This document shows, piece after piece, positions 1-11,134 of a stretch of 64,000 nt of DNA. A program made the position numbers and the translations under genes. The notes beneath the pieces are model-generated. The model ran no database searches. It was not told the DNA's origin and saw nothing but the letters and a program-made list of their open reading frames with translations. This DNA comes from Scyliorhinus canicula. Its lineage: Eukaryota. The number at the start of each line of letters is the position of its first letter. Within the stretch, counting starts at the first letter, position 1. The DNA lies in NCBI RefSeq assembly GCF_902713615.1, contig NW_024055665.1, forward strand, positions 124,001 to 188,000, given 5' to 3'.

Positions 1-1322
1 ATAATCCAACCCCTTCAACTCTGGGATTAACCTAGTGAATCTCCTCTGCACACCCTCCAGTGCCAGTACGTCCTTTCTCAAGTAAGGAGACCAACACTGA
101 ACACAATATTCCAGGTTTGGCCTCACTAACACCTTATACAATTGCAGCATAACCTCCCTAGTCTTAAACTCCATCCCTCCAGCAATGAAGGACAAAATTC
201 AATTTGCCTTCTTAATCACCTGTTGCACCTGTAAACCAGCTTTCTGTGATTCATGCACTAGCACACCCAGGTCTCTATGCACAGCAGCATGCTTTAATAT
301 TTTATCGTTTAAATAATAATCCCGTTTGCTGTTATTCCTACCAAAATGGATAACCTCACATTTGTCAACATTGTATTCCATCTGCCAGACCCTAGCCCAA
401 TCACTTAACCTACCCAAATCCCTCTGCAGACTTCGAGTATCCTCTGCCCTTTTCGCTTTACCACTCATCTTAGTGTCATCTGCAAACCTGGACACATTGC
501 CCTTGGTCCCCAACTCCAAATCATCTATGCAAATAGTGAACAATTGTGGGCCCAACACGGAACCCTGAGGGACACCACTAGCCACTGATTGCCAACCAGA
601 GAAACACCCATTAATCCCCACTCATTGCTTTCTATTAATTAACCAATCCTCTATCCATCCTACTACTTTACCCTTAATGCCATGCATATTTATCTTATGC
701 AGCAACCTTTTGTGTGGCACCTTGTCAAGGGCTTTCTTGAAATCCAGATATACCACATCCATTGGCTCCCCGTTATCTACTGCACTGGTAATGTCCTCAA
801 AAAATTCCACTAAATTAGTTAGGCACGACCTGCCCTTTATGCACCCATGCTGCGGCTGTCCAATGGGACAATTTCTATCCAGATGCCTCGCTATTTCTTC
901 CTTGATGATCGATTCCAGCATCTTCCCTACTACCGAAGTTAACCTCACTGGCCTATAATTTCCCGCTCTCTGCCTACCTCCTTTTTTAAACAGTGGTGTC
1001 ACGTTTGCTAATTTCCAATCCACCAGGACCACCCAGAGTCTAGTGAATTTTGGTAAATCATCACTAGTGCATCTGCAATTTCCCTAGCCATCTCTTTTAG
1101 CACTCTGGGATGCATTCCATCAGGGCCAGGAGACGTGTCTACCTTTAGCCCCATTATCTTGCCCATCACTACCTCCTTAGTGATAACAATCCTCTCAAGG
1201 TCCTCACCTGTCATAGCCTCATTTCTATCAGTCCCAGGCATGTTATTTGTGTCTTCCACTGTGAAGACCGACCCAAAAAACCTGTTCAGTTACTCAGCCA
1301 TTTCCCCATCTCCCATTATTAA
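1..1322 (-). mobile_element. CR1-type LINE ORF2 fragment (RT), frameshifted, 5'-truncated
   Basis: Consecutive minus-strand ORFs with CR1 RT motifs (NYRPVRLTSVVGK, VYLDFKKALDKVPH, GVPQGSVLGP, FADDTK); same family as the copy at 23.5-25.6 kb. Confidence 0.9.
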
Positions 1323-1462
1323 AATAGGAATCGACTCTCATATCATTCTAGACACAGCCAGGTCCACTAATAAAGCCATGATGTGGAGATGCCGGCGTTG
1401 GACTGGGGTGAGCACAGTAAGAAGTCTTACAACACCAGGTTAAAGTCCAACAGGTTTGTTTC

Positions 1463-1503
1463 AAACACGAGCTTTCGGAGCACGGCTCCTTCTTCAGGTG
1501 AAT
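1463..1503 (-). ncRNA. Minimal type I hammerhead ribozyme (Penelope 3' repeat)
   Basis: Sense strand reads TTCAC-CTGAAGA-A-GGAGC cgt GCTCC-GAAA-GC-TC/GTG: CUGANGA core, 5-bp helix II, GAAA, AGCT palindrome, CAC/GTG helix I. Confidence 0.75.
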
Positions 1504-1645
1504 GGAAAGGCTTGTTCCAGAAATGTTTATATAGACACAGTCAGAGATGCCCCGGAATGCGAGCACCTGCAGGCAATCAAATCATCAAAGATGCAGAGAG
1601 AGAGGTAACTCCAGGTTAAAGAGGTGTGAATTGTCCCAAGCCAGT

Positions 1646-4363
1646 TCAGTCGGTAGGCCTCTGCAAGTCCAGGCTTGTTGGTGGGGGCCGAATGCAATGC
1701 GACATGAATCCCAGATCCCGGTTGAGTCCGCATTCATGCGTGCGGAACTTAGCTATAAATTTTTGCTCAGCAATTTTGCGTTGTCGCGTCTCCTGAAGGC
1801 CTCCTTGTAGAATGCTGACCCGGAGATCAGAGGCTGAATGTCCTTGACTGCTGAAGTGTTCCCCAACTGGAAGGGAACAGTCCTGCCTGTTGATAGTCGC
1901 ACGATGCCCGTTTATTCGTTGTCGCAGTGTCTGCATGGTCTCGCCAATGTACCACGCTTCGGGACATCCTTTCCTGCAGCGTATGAGGTAGACTACATTG
2001 GTCGAGTCGCACGAGTATGCGCCGCGTACCTGGTGGGTGGTGTTTCCACGTGTAATGGTGGTGTCCATGTCGATGATCTGGCATGTCTTGCAGAGATTAC
2101 CCTGGCAGGGTTTTGTGGTGTTGTGGTTGCTGTTCTGAAGGCTGGGTAATTTGCTGCAAACAATGGTTTGTTTGAGGTTGCGCAGTTGTTTGAAGGCCAG
2201 TAGTGGGGGTGTGGGGATGACCTTGGCAAGATGTCCATCCTCGCTGATGATGTGTTGGAGGCTGCGAAGAAGATGTCGTAGTTTCTCCGCCCCAGGAAAG
2301 TACTGGACGACGAAGGGTACTCTGTCAGTGGTGTCCCGTGTTTGTCTTCTGAGGAGGTCGGTGCGGTTTTTTGCTGTGGCGCGGTGGAACTGTCGATCAA
2401 TGAGTCGAGCGCCATATCCCGTTCGTACGAGGGCATCTTTCAGCATCTGTAGGTGTCTGTTGCGCTCCTCCTTGTCTGAGCAGATCCTGTGTATACGGAG
2501 GGCTTGTCCATAGGGGATGGCTTCTTTAATGTGTTTCGGGTGAAAGCTGGAGAAGTGGAGCATCGTGAGATTATCTGTGGGCTTGCGGTAAAGCAAGGTG
2601 CTGAGGTGACCGTCCTTGATGGAGACGAGTGTGTCCAAGAATGGAACTGAATTTGGAGAATAGTCCATGGTGAGTTTGATGGTGGGATGGAACTTATTGA
2701 TGTCATCGTGTAGTCGTTTCAGTGATGTCTCGCCGTGGGTCCAAAGGAAAAAAATGTCATCGATGTATCTGGTGTATAGCATCGGTTGAAAGTCCTGTGT
2801 GGTGAGGAAGTCCTGTTCAAACTTGTGCATGAAGATGTTGGCATATTGAGGTGCAAATTTGGTCCCCATGGCTGTTCCGTGCGTCTGGATGAAGAATTTG
2901 TTGTCGAAGGTGAAGACGTTGTGGTCTAGAATGAAACGGATGAGTTGCAGAATTGCGTCTGGAGATTGGCAGTTGTCGGTGTTGAGGACTGAGGCTGTTG
3001 CAGCAATGCCGTCGTCATGGGGGATGCTGGTGTAGAGTGCCGAGACATCCATTGTGACGAGGAATGTTCCTGGTTCAACTGGTCCATGGGTGCTGAGTTT
3101 CTGTAGGAAGTCCGTCGTGTCGCGACAGAAGCTGGGTGTACCTTGTACGATGGGTTTCAAGATGCCCTCGATGTGGCCAGAGAGGTTCTCACACAGGGTC
3201 CCATTGCCTGAAACGATAGGACGGCCTGGTGTGTTGGCCTTGTGTATTTTCGGGAGGCAGTAGAGATCTCCAATGCGGGGATTACGTGGGATGAGAGCAC
3301 GTAGGGTGTTCTGAAGGTCTGGATCTAATGTCTTGATCAGTCTGCTGAGTTGGCGGATGTGTTCCTTGGTTGGATCTGCGGGTAACTGCCTGTAGTGTTC
3401 CTGGTTGTCGAGTTGTCGGTATACTTCTTTGCAGTAGTCTGTTCTGTTCAGTATGACGGTGGCCCCTCCTTTGTCTGCTGGTTTGATGACGATGTTGCGG
3501 TTGGTCTTGAGAGTGCGGATGGCGTTGCGTTGTGCTTGGGTGACGTTTGAGGCTGCCTTGTGATTGCGAGTGATGAATCTGGCATTGACACGACTTCTGA
3601 CGGCTTGAGCATACATGTCGAGTCTAGGGCAGCGGCCTTCCGGAGGGGTCCAATTTGACTCTTTCCTTTTCGGTTGCTGCACTGCAGATATCGCGGTCTG
3701 CTGTTCCGGTTCATTGGTCGTGTCCCTGGGTTCGCTGTCGGCCTCTTGGGGTCTGTGGAAGAATTCCCGGAGCCTCATTCGCTTGATGAATTCCTCCGTA
3801 TCTGCCGCGAGACTGATGGGGTCCATTTTGGTGGTGGTGCAGAAATTGAGCCCTCTGCTGAGGACTTCGATTTCGTCTGGTTGAAGGGTGTAGTCTGACA
3901 AGTTGACAATGGATTTCCCTGTATTGTTTTCGACTGTTGTACCGGGAGAAGCTTGATTGCTGCTGGTGGTGATGCCAAGTTTCTCAAGCTTCCTGTTCTT
4001 GGTGTGCATGTAGGTGGCATAGTATTGCTGTCTCATCTGTTTGGCGGTGTTCCGCAGCTGGTCTGCTGTGTCCTGAGCGCAAGTTGAGAATATGGCCTCT
4101 CTCTTGGTTTCCAGGTTGCGTCGACTGCTGTAGAGTTGGTGTACGAGGTGTTTGAGGAGTGTGACAGAGGTGCGGTGGCAGAGTCTTTCAGCGTAGTCTG
4201 TGTTGTAAGTCGACTTGAGTGGGTTTTTGATCTGTAGTCCTTTCGGGATCTTGTCTGCTTTTTTGCATCTTTGTAGAAACTGAATGTCAGTGTCTATATG
4301 CGCGATCTTCCTGGAGATCCTCTCCACTTTGAGCCGGCAGTTTGCGGTGTCAATGGTAGCCAT
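1646..4363 (-). CDS. Penelope ORF: reverse transcriptase + GIY-YIG endonuclease (905 aa from ATG 4363)
   Basis: Motifs TMDVSALYTSIPH, GTAMGTKFAP, RYIDDIFFLW, PCQGNLCKTC, NVVYLIRC...WYIGET. The ORF-track start at 4399 is a TTG; the first ATG (ATGGCTACC) is at 4363. Confidence 0.93.
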   Translation of the reverse strand: MATIDTANCRLKVERISRKIAHIDTDIQFLQRCKKADKIPKGLQIKNPLKSTYNTDYAERLCHRTSVTLLKHLVHQLYSSRRNLETKREAIFSTCAQDTADQLRNTAKQMRQQYYATYMHTKNRKLEKLGITTSSNQASPGTTVENNTGKSIVNLSDYTLQPDEIEVLSRGLNFCTTTKMDPISLAADTEEFIKRMRLREFFHRPQEADSEPRDTTNEPEQQTAISAVQQPKRKESNWTPPEGRCPRLDMYAQAVRSRVNARFITRNHKAASNVTQAQRNAIRTLKTNRNIVIKPADKGGATVILNRTDYCKEVYRQLDNQEHYRQLPADPTKEHIRQLSRLIKTLDPDLQNTLRALIPRNPRIGDLYCLPKIHKANTPGRPIVSGNGTLCENLSGHIEGILKPIVQGTPSFCRDTTDFLQKLSTHGPVEPGTFLVTMDVSALYTSIPHDDGIAATASVLNTDNCQSPDAILQLIRFILDHNVFTFDNKFFIQTHGTAMGTKFAPQYANIFMHKFEQDFLTTQDFQPMLYTRYIDDIFFLWTHGETSLKRLHDDINKFHPTIKLTMDYSPNSVPFLDTLVSIKDGHLSTLLYRKPTDNLTMLHFSSFHPKHIKEAIPYGQALRIHRICSDKEERNRHLQMLKDALVRTGYGARLIDRQFHRATAKNRTDLLRRQTRDTTDRVPFVVQYFPGAEKLRHLLRSLQHIISEDGHLAKVIPTPPLLAFKQLRNLKQTIVCSKLPSLQNSNHNTTKPCQGNLCKTCQIIDMDTTITRGNTTHQVRGAYSCDSTNVVYLIRCRKGCPEAWYIGETMQTLRQRINGHRATINRQDCSLPVGEHFSSQGHSASDLRVSILQGGLQETRQRKIAEQKFIAKFRTHECGLNRDLGFMSHCIRPPPTSLDLQRPTD

Positions 4364-5029
4364 GATGTGGAGATGCCGGCGTTGGACTGGGGTGAGCACA
4401 GTAAGAAGTCTTACAACACCAGGTTAAAGTCCAACAGGTTAGTTTCAAACACGAGCTTTCGGAGCACGGCTCCTTCTTCAGGTGAATGGAAAGGCTTGTT
4501 CCAGAAATGTTTATATAGACACAGTCAGAGATGCCCCGGAATGCGAGCACCTGCAGGCAATCAAATCATCAAAGATGCAGAGAGAGAGGTAACTCCAGGT
4601 TAAAGAGGTGTGAATTGTCCCAAGCCAGTTCAGTCGGTAGGCCTCTGCAAGTCCAGGCTTGTTGGTGGGGGCCGAATGTAATGCGACATGAATCCCAGAT
4701 CCCGGTTGAGTCCGCATTCATGCGTGCGGAACTTAGCTATAAGTTTTTGCTCAGCAATTTTGCGTTGTCGCGTCTCCTGAAGGCCTCCTTGTAGAATGCT
4801 GACCTGGAGATCAGAGGCTGAATGTCCTTGACTGCTGAAGTGTTCCCCAACTGGAAGGGAACAGTCCTGCCTGTTGATAGTCGCACGATGCCCGTTTATT
4901 CGTTGTCGCAGTGTCTGCATGGTCTCGCCAATGTACCACGCTTCGGGACATCCTTTCCTGCAGCGTATGAGGTAGACTACATTGGTCGAGTCGCACGAGT
5001 ATGCGCCGCGTACCTGGTGGGTGGTGTTT
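4361..5029 (-). repeat. Upstream pseudo-LTR (copy of 1377-2045)
   Basis: Near-identical direct repeat at offset 2984 bp covering the ORF 3' end plus the UTR. Confidence 0.95.
4447..4487 (-). ncRNA. Minimal hammerhead ribozyme (upstream pLTR copy)
   Basis: Same motif as 1463-1503. Confidence 0.75.
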
Positions 5030-5744
5030 GAAACAACCTCGTGTTTGAAACAAACCTGTTGGACTTTAACCTGGTGTTGTAAGACTTCTTACTGCACTAA
5101 TAAAGCAATCAGCCTTGTGTGTAATAACTGAAACATACTTAACGGCATTAAAATCTAAGACCTGGCCTAGCTGATGTCAATTGGAGTCATAACTGATCCG
5201 GGTTCGTCCCCAATGCAAACAATGACAATCAGAGTAATTACAGAAAAGGCATACCAAAATTTACAGAGAGGCGTGTCCTCACGAAAAAAATAAGGTGACA
5301 GATGCTAGTGCAAATACACCAGAGAAGTGGCCCAATGTAATGCGAACTGATACGCGATCTAGTACAGTCATAATTGAACCAGGGCCTACTGTAATTAAAA
5401 CCTGATCAAGTGAAATATGAAAATACACTTTGTAAAGTTTAGCATTTACTGGCACAGAATCAATAGGAATTAAACCAATGACATGACGTCATGGGAGGTA
5501 AAAACGTGTTCAAACGACTTATGAAATGAGAAAAAAGCTCTGTGTAATACCAACATTGTTAGCAATACTTTCCCCAAAGTACTGGAGTGACCTGTGTTCA
5601 ACAAAATTGGCTTTCCTCTCATTCAAATGTCTATAAAACCATTGTCGCTAATTGCTGAGGGACATCTTCTGCTGCAGGCCCCGGACTTCATCTAAAATCA
5701 TTCATCAGTCTAAAGATTAAAGTCTAAGACTAAACATGTCAAAA

Positions 5745-6062
5745 CTGCTGCCACACAGCACAAGGGACCTGGGTTTGATTCCGGGCTTGGATGAATGTCT
5801 GTGTGGAAGTTTGTAATTTCTCCTTCTGTCTGCTTGGGTTTCCTCTGGGTGCTCAAGTTTCTTTCCAGAGTCCAAAGATGTGTAGGTTAGATGGATTTGC
5901 CGTGCTAAAATTGCCCCTTAGTATTTAGAGCTGTGCAGATTAGGTAGGGTTACGAGGTTTGGGTGGAGGAGTAGGTATAGGTGGTGTGCTCTTTCAGAAA
6001 TTCGGTGCAGACTCGATGGATCGAATGGCCACTTTCTGCACTGAAGGGTTTCTATGGTTCTA
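5745..6062 (+). mobile_element. HE1/V-SINE-type SINE with CR1-like tail (5' degenerate)
   Basis: V-domain GGGTTTCCTCTGGGTGCTC...CCAAAGATGTG and tail ending ttctatggttctata. Confidence 0.8.
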
Positions 6063-6067
6063 TAGAT

Positions 6068-6310
6068 GCGAGGTCGTGCCATTGTGGTATTGTCGCTGGT
6101 CCAGAGAACCAGGTTAATGGTTTGGAGACTTAGGCTCGAATTCTACTGCAGCAAATGGTGAAATGTGAATTGAATAAAAATCTGGAATTAAAAGGCTAAT
6201 GATGACCAACCATGAAAACATTGTCGCTTAACATTCAAAAACGTTTGGTTCATTCATCTATTAAGGGAAGAAAATCTGTCGTCCTTCACTGGTACCGGCA
6301 CGTGACACCA
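6068..6310 (+). mobile_element. Deu-domain SINE (SacSINE1-like), degenerate
   Basis: AATAAAAATCTGGAATTAAAAGGCTAATGATGACC...GGGAAGAAAATCTGTCGTCCTT; paralog at ~60862-61200. Confidence 0.6.
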
Positions 6311-6904
6311 AAGCCTCAATAATATGCAGATGGACAATGAATACTGGCCCAAGAATTTTTAAATATCCACATAAATCGTGATAATTTGTAAATGAGAAGG
6401 TAGAAAGCTATTTAAGAAGAAACTGGCCGTGCATAAGGACAGAAAAGCATCTCCGGCATTCAAGTGGACGAGCAGATTCTTCTAAGTTGCTTGTGCCCCG
6501 CTTATGCCGAGTGAAAATTGTTGGAAGCAGCGCATGTAAATAGATCAAATTTTACAGAGATTATCAGTGCAACACAGAAACATATTCGTGAGGAGACCGA
6601 CGTTTCCCTTTTACATGTAGTTTCATTATGAAAACACCTTCCTGCAAGAATCAGAGGCGTGGTCGTCTCCAGTATAAACAGAGACAGAGTGCAGTGTAAT
6701 ATAAACAGAGACACGCATTGTGTAATATCAACAGGGATATTGCGGTTCTCTGTTCCCGCTACCATCGCAACCACGCCTGCGGGTTTTCCAGGCAGTGTGG
6801 TGTGACTTTGATGGGCAATTCCATTGATAAGCGGCAGGAAGATAGAATCTCACCACAGCCACAGAGAAACATGCGGCTGGGGGATTGGAGAATCCAGCCC
6901 ACGG

Positions 6905-7170
6905 TCTGACGTTAAATGGACATGGCTGTGGTGGTTGTAGTTCAATCATCTCAGCTCCAGGATATCACTGGAGGAGGTCCTCAGAGTAGTGTCCCAGGCC
7001 CAACCTTCTTCAGCTGCATCATCAAGGATCTCCCTTCCATCATAAGGTCAGAAGTGGGGACGTTTGCGGAAGACTGCACAATGTTCAACATCATTCACGA
7101 CTCTTCCGATAATGAAGCAGTCCATGTCCAAAATACAGAAAGCCCTGGACAATATTCAGGCTTGGGCTGA
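6905..7170 (+). mobile_element. L2/CR1-group LINE RT fragment
   Basis: ORF with GGPQSSVPGPTFFSCIIKDLP...FAEDCT (degenerate RT motifs). Confidence 0.7.
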
Positions 7171-7289
7171 CAGCATCATCTAGCATAGGACCTAGTGTAG
7201 TATGAAACGTTTGTTATATTGCAATATTACGCAGTATAGGCATGGCCATGCCCTGAATCTGTTTACAATTACGTGTTTATAAAAATTAA

Positions 7290-8750
7290 TTTACGGGATG
7301 TGGGCATCGCTGGTTAAGCCAGCATTTATTGCCCGTCCCTAGTTGCCCATCAGAAGGTGGTGGTGATTTGCCTTCCTAAACCGCTGCAGCCCCTGAGCTG
7401 TAGGCACACCCACTGTGCTGTTAGGGTAGGAAGTCGAGGATTTGCGCCAGTGCACAGTGAATTAATGACGATATATTTCCAACTCAGGATGGTGAATGAC
7501 TTGGAGAGGATCCCTAGGTGGTGGAGTTCACAGATATCTGCTGCTCCTGTCCTCTCGATGGTAGTGGTCATAGTTTTGGGCGGTGCTGTCTAAGGAACCA
7601 TCGCACGTCCATGCAGTGCACCTTGTAGATAGCACACACCGCCACCACTGTTCGTTGGTGGTGGACGGTTTGAATGTTTGTGGAAGGGTGGGGAAAATCA
7701 AGCACACTGCTTTGGCCTGGATGGTCGAGATTCTTGATTGTTGTTGGAGCTGCTTCCACCAGGCAAGTGGAGAGTATTCCATTACACACCTGATTTGTGC
7801 CTTGTAGATGGTGGACAGGTTTCGGGGGGCCCGGCGGCGTTACTCGCTGTAAGATTCCTCACCATTTACCTGTCCTCATAGCCAAAGGCCGAATGGCCTC
7901 CTCCTTCTTCTATTTTCTATGTATTAATATGGCCAGTCCAGTTCAGTTCCTGATCAATGGCAATCCCCAGGATATTGTTTGTGTGGAATTTAGCGATGGT
8001 AATACCATTGAATGTAAAGAAGTGCTGGTTAGATTTCTATTCATGGTCATGTGTACCGAAGTACAGTGAAAAGTATTGTTCTGCCCATCGAACAGGCAGA
8101 TCATTCAATGGATGCAAAATGATAAATGCACAATGTAAATACATGAACATAGACATCGGGGAAAGCAAAATGAACGTGGAGCTACAACAGCAGAGATCCA
8201 CTCTTGTAGGAGATGGTCATTACCTGGCACTTGTGTGGCGCAAATGTAACTTGCCTCTTGTCAGCCCACGCCTGGATATTATCCAGGTCTTACTGCATTT
8301 GGACATGGACTGATTCATTATCTAAGGAGTCGTGAATGGTGCTGAACATTATTCATCATTCACAAACATCCCCACTTCTGACTTGATGATGGAAGCGAGA
8401 GCATTGTTGAGTCAACTGAAGATGGTTGGGCCTAGGACACTACCCCGAGGTACTCCTGCAGTGATGTTCTGGAACTGAGATGATTTACCTCCAACCACCA
8501 CAACCATCTTCTTTTGTTGCAGGCATGACTACAACCAGCGGAGAGTTTCCCCCCTGATTCCTATTGCCATATTCGGTCAAATGCTGCTTTGATATCAAGG
8601 ACAGTCACTCTGACCTCACCTCTGGCATTCAACTCTTTTGTCCATGGTTGAACCATAGCTTCAATGAGGTTAGGAGCTGAGGGACACTGGAATTCATACT
8701 GAGCGTCCGTGAGCCGGTTATTGCTGAGTAAGTGAAACTAAGGAAATTCG
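7290..8750 (-). mobile_element. Decayed L2-type LINE (minus strand) with a small Rex1-tail insertion near 8050-8200
   Basis: Minus-strand ORF pieces MEYSPLAWW...TIQAKAVCLI resemble L2 ORF2 C-terminus; further L2-like sequence at ~9320-9483. Confidence 0.65.
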
Positions 8751-9320
8751 GCAACTCAGGAAACTAAGAAAATTCGGCATGTCCGCATTGGCTCTTACCA
8801 ACTTTTATAGATGCACCATAGAAAGCATCCTATCTGGCTGCATCACAGCCTGGTATGGCAACTGCTCGGCCCAAAACCGCAAGAAACTTCAGAGAGTCGT
8901 GAACACCGCCCAGTCTATCACACGAACCTGCCTCCCATCCATTGACTCTGTCTACACCTCCCGCTGCCTTGGGAAAGCGGGCAGCATAATCAAAGACCCC
9001 TCCCACCCAGCGTACAACTTATTCCATCGGGCAGTAGATATAAAAGTCTGAGAACACGCACGAACAGATTCAAAAACAGCTTCTTCCCTGCTGTTGCCAG
9101 ACTTCTCAACGGCCCACTTATGGACTGACCTGAATAATACTACACTCCTCTACGCTTCACCTCATGCCGGTGTCATTGTTTTTTATGACACTTGTGTTGC
9201 ACTATTATGCATTTTCTTTCCCTTTCATGTACTAAATGATCTGTTTGAGCTGCTCGCAGAAAAATACTTTTCTCTGTACCTCATTACACGTGACAATAAA
9301 CAAATCCAAATTCAAATCCA
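8750..9320 (+). mobile_element. Rex1/Babar-type LINE 3' end
   Basis: LTNFYRCTIESILSGCITAWYGNCSAQNRKKLQRVV...IIKDPSHP; tail GTGACAATAAA followed by CAAAT(C)-type repeats. Confidence 0.85.
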
Positions 9321-9636
9321 AGTGCCCTATGATAACACTGTTGGTGACTCCTTCCTTCACTTTGCTGACGACGGAGAGTAGACTGATAGGGCGTAATTGG
9401 ACCTGTCCTGTTTCTGTGTACAGCACACAGCTGGGCAATTTTCTGCATTGCCTGGTCGGTGATGGTGTTGTAGCTGTCCTGGACTTTCTGTTACAACACA
9501 CAGTTCATGTTTATTTCGGGAAACTGAGGCAACCCTCTACGTGACTGAAAAGATAGTGTGATAGACTGTAATTACGCAGAACAATGCTTTTCATTGTACC
9601 TCGGTACAAGTGACAATAAACCAATCCAATCCAATC

Positions 9637-9851
9637 ACAACAAAGCTCGGTAACCCCGATCTCTAGTGGTACAGGCAGAACACAAACCAGGTTTCGAGTT
9701 TTATTCTGTATCGGGATAACAGGAAAACTGACGCGGATTTTGGTAAGGGAAGATTCAAGGCCGGTCAGACTATCGCAGAAAATAGGTTTCCTTCAACGGT
9801 CGCTCGAGCGGAAATCCAGGACACCGCTCTCTATTTCTGCGGGTTGACGAT
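9637..9851 (+). pseudogene. T-cell receptor (alpha/delta-like) V-segment pseudogene, CDR1-FR3 part
   Basis: Frame reads TTKLGNPDL*WYRQNTNQVSSFILYRDNRKTDADFGKGRFKAGQTIAENRFPSTVARAEIQDTALYFCGLT (stop 9664-9666, WYRQ 9667, YFC ends 9840). Separated by a short LINE tail (~9545-9636) from a possible frameshifted FR1 at ~9490-9545. Confidence 0.85.
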
Positions 9852-9890
9852 CACAGTAGTTTAAAACACATCTCCCGCTACACAAAGATC
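9852..9890 (+). promoter_or_regulatory. 23-bp-spacer recombination signal sequence
   Basis: Heptamer CACAGTA 9852-9858, 23-nt spacer, nonamer ACAAAGATC 9882-9890, directly after the V end. Confidence 0.85.
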
Positions 9891-11134
9891 GTCTTAGTCT
9901 CTGAACAGCCACAGGCGTTCTCTCCAGTCTAAAAGAACCTGCGTTGCTTTGCAAGTGTCTGTTCATGCTCAGATTGAGTTAGTTATTTGTTCTGAGTTAC
10001 AAATTTGTAGGTTCAATTCTCAGTCCATAGACTTCAGCCCACAATCCATGCTGCTTTTGGGTGTCAGCACTGAGGACGTGCTGGACAGACGGAGTTGCCA
10101 CATTTCGGATCAGACCCTCTTCCGAGGGGCAGGCAGCTCTATTCTGCAAAATATTCTATACCAGAGGTCTTTCTGAAGGGTCCGGGGCCCATTCTCAGCG
10201 CTTAACATCGTCACTGAAATAATCACATTACTTTTTGTGGGAGCTTCTTGTACGTATAGTCGCTCATTTCTTACATTTCAGTAGTGACTGAACGTCGAAT
10301 TATTTTATTAACACTTTAGAATATGTAGGGCAGGCTGGATTTTCTCGCTGTATTAGTACATATTTTAACCCTTGAAATTCCAGGAACTGTCTCAACTCCT
10401 GGAATCACTCGGATGATGTTAGTTATCTACCTTGTTGCATGGGTAAATGTAGCTCCTGCCCCTAAAAGAGTTGGGCCTTTCCGAGCAAAGTGGTTGTACT
10501 TAAACCCTAATGCGCTTTCTGTTGAGAGAACAAGGTCAGAGTGAACACAGATCAGCATGCCATTAAATTGATTTCGCTTCATTGACTTTCATTAAGCTCA
10601 TCCCCCCATATTCTCTTTACACGCGTCCTTTAAAACAAAACGTTTAAGGTATAATGTTTGCTGCTGGAAAATGAAACAGAAAATGCAGGATGACAGTTAT
10701 TTTGATCAAAACAATAAAATGCATGTGGATGATAAATTATGTGATGTGGAACTAATTTTCCGTGTTGTTTGTAAACACATATCCGGGTGTATTATTTTGC
10801 TTGTTAAAGGAAACATGGCATATTAACTTCAGTTGCTATTTATCATTTCCGTGAAATCCACCTGTGTTCACTGTGTATGACAGCGGGAGAAGAGCTGTTA
10901 AAAAACGAAAATCGTGATTTCAGATGGTTCATCTTTCAAACTATTTAACATATTTAGGGAGCAGGGAAGCCTTAAATACTGCAAGTATGAAAGCAAAATG
11001 CACGAACTAATCTGACACATAAATGCACGAAATAATTGGCCACCTAGCAGATACCGGAAGAGACGGTTTTTGAATTTGAGATCGGAGCCCAGCTCAATAT
11101 CTTCCATCGGCAAATACCTTCGCCAATTTATAAT

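Larger units (their letters stand above)
1377..5094 (-). mobile_element. Full-length Penelope-like retroelement with tandem pseudo-LTR and short inverted terminal piece
   Basis: Intact RT+GIY-YIG ORF; 669-bp direct repeat 1377-2045/4361-5029; inverted piece ~5024-5094; TSD CACTAATAAAGC at 1365-1376 and 5095-5106. Confidence 0.95.

Noticed and set aside
5475-5493. CCAAT plus palindromic CATGACGTCATG (CRE) as a TCR V promoter
   Set aside because: About 4 kb from the V remnant with no leader exon found nearby; chance occurrence not excluded.
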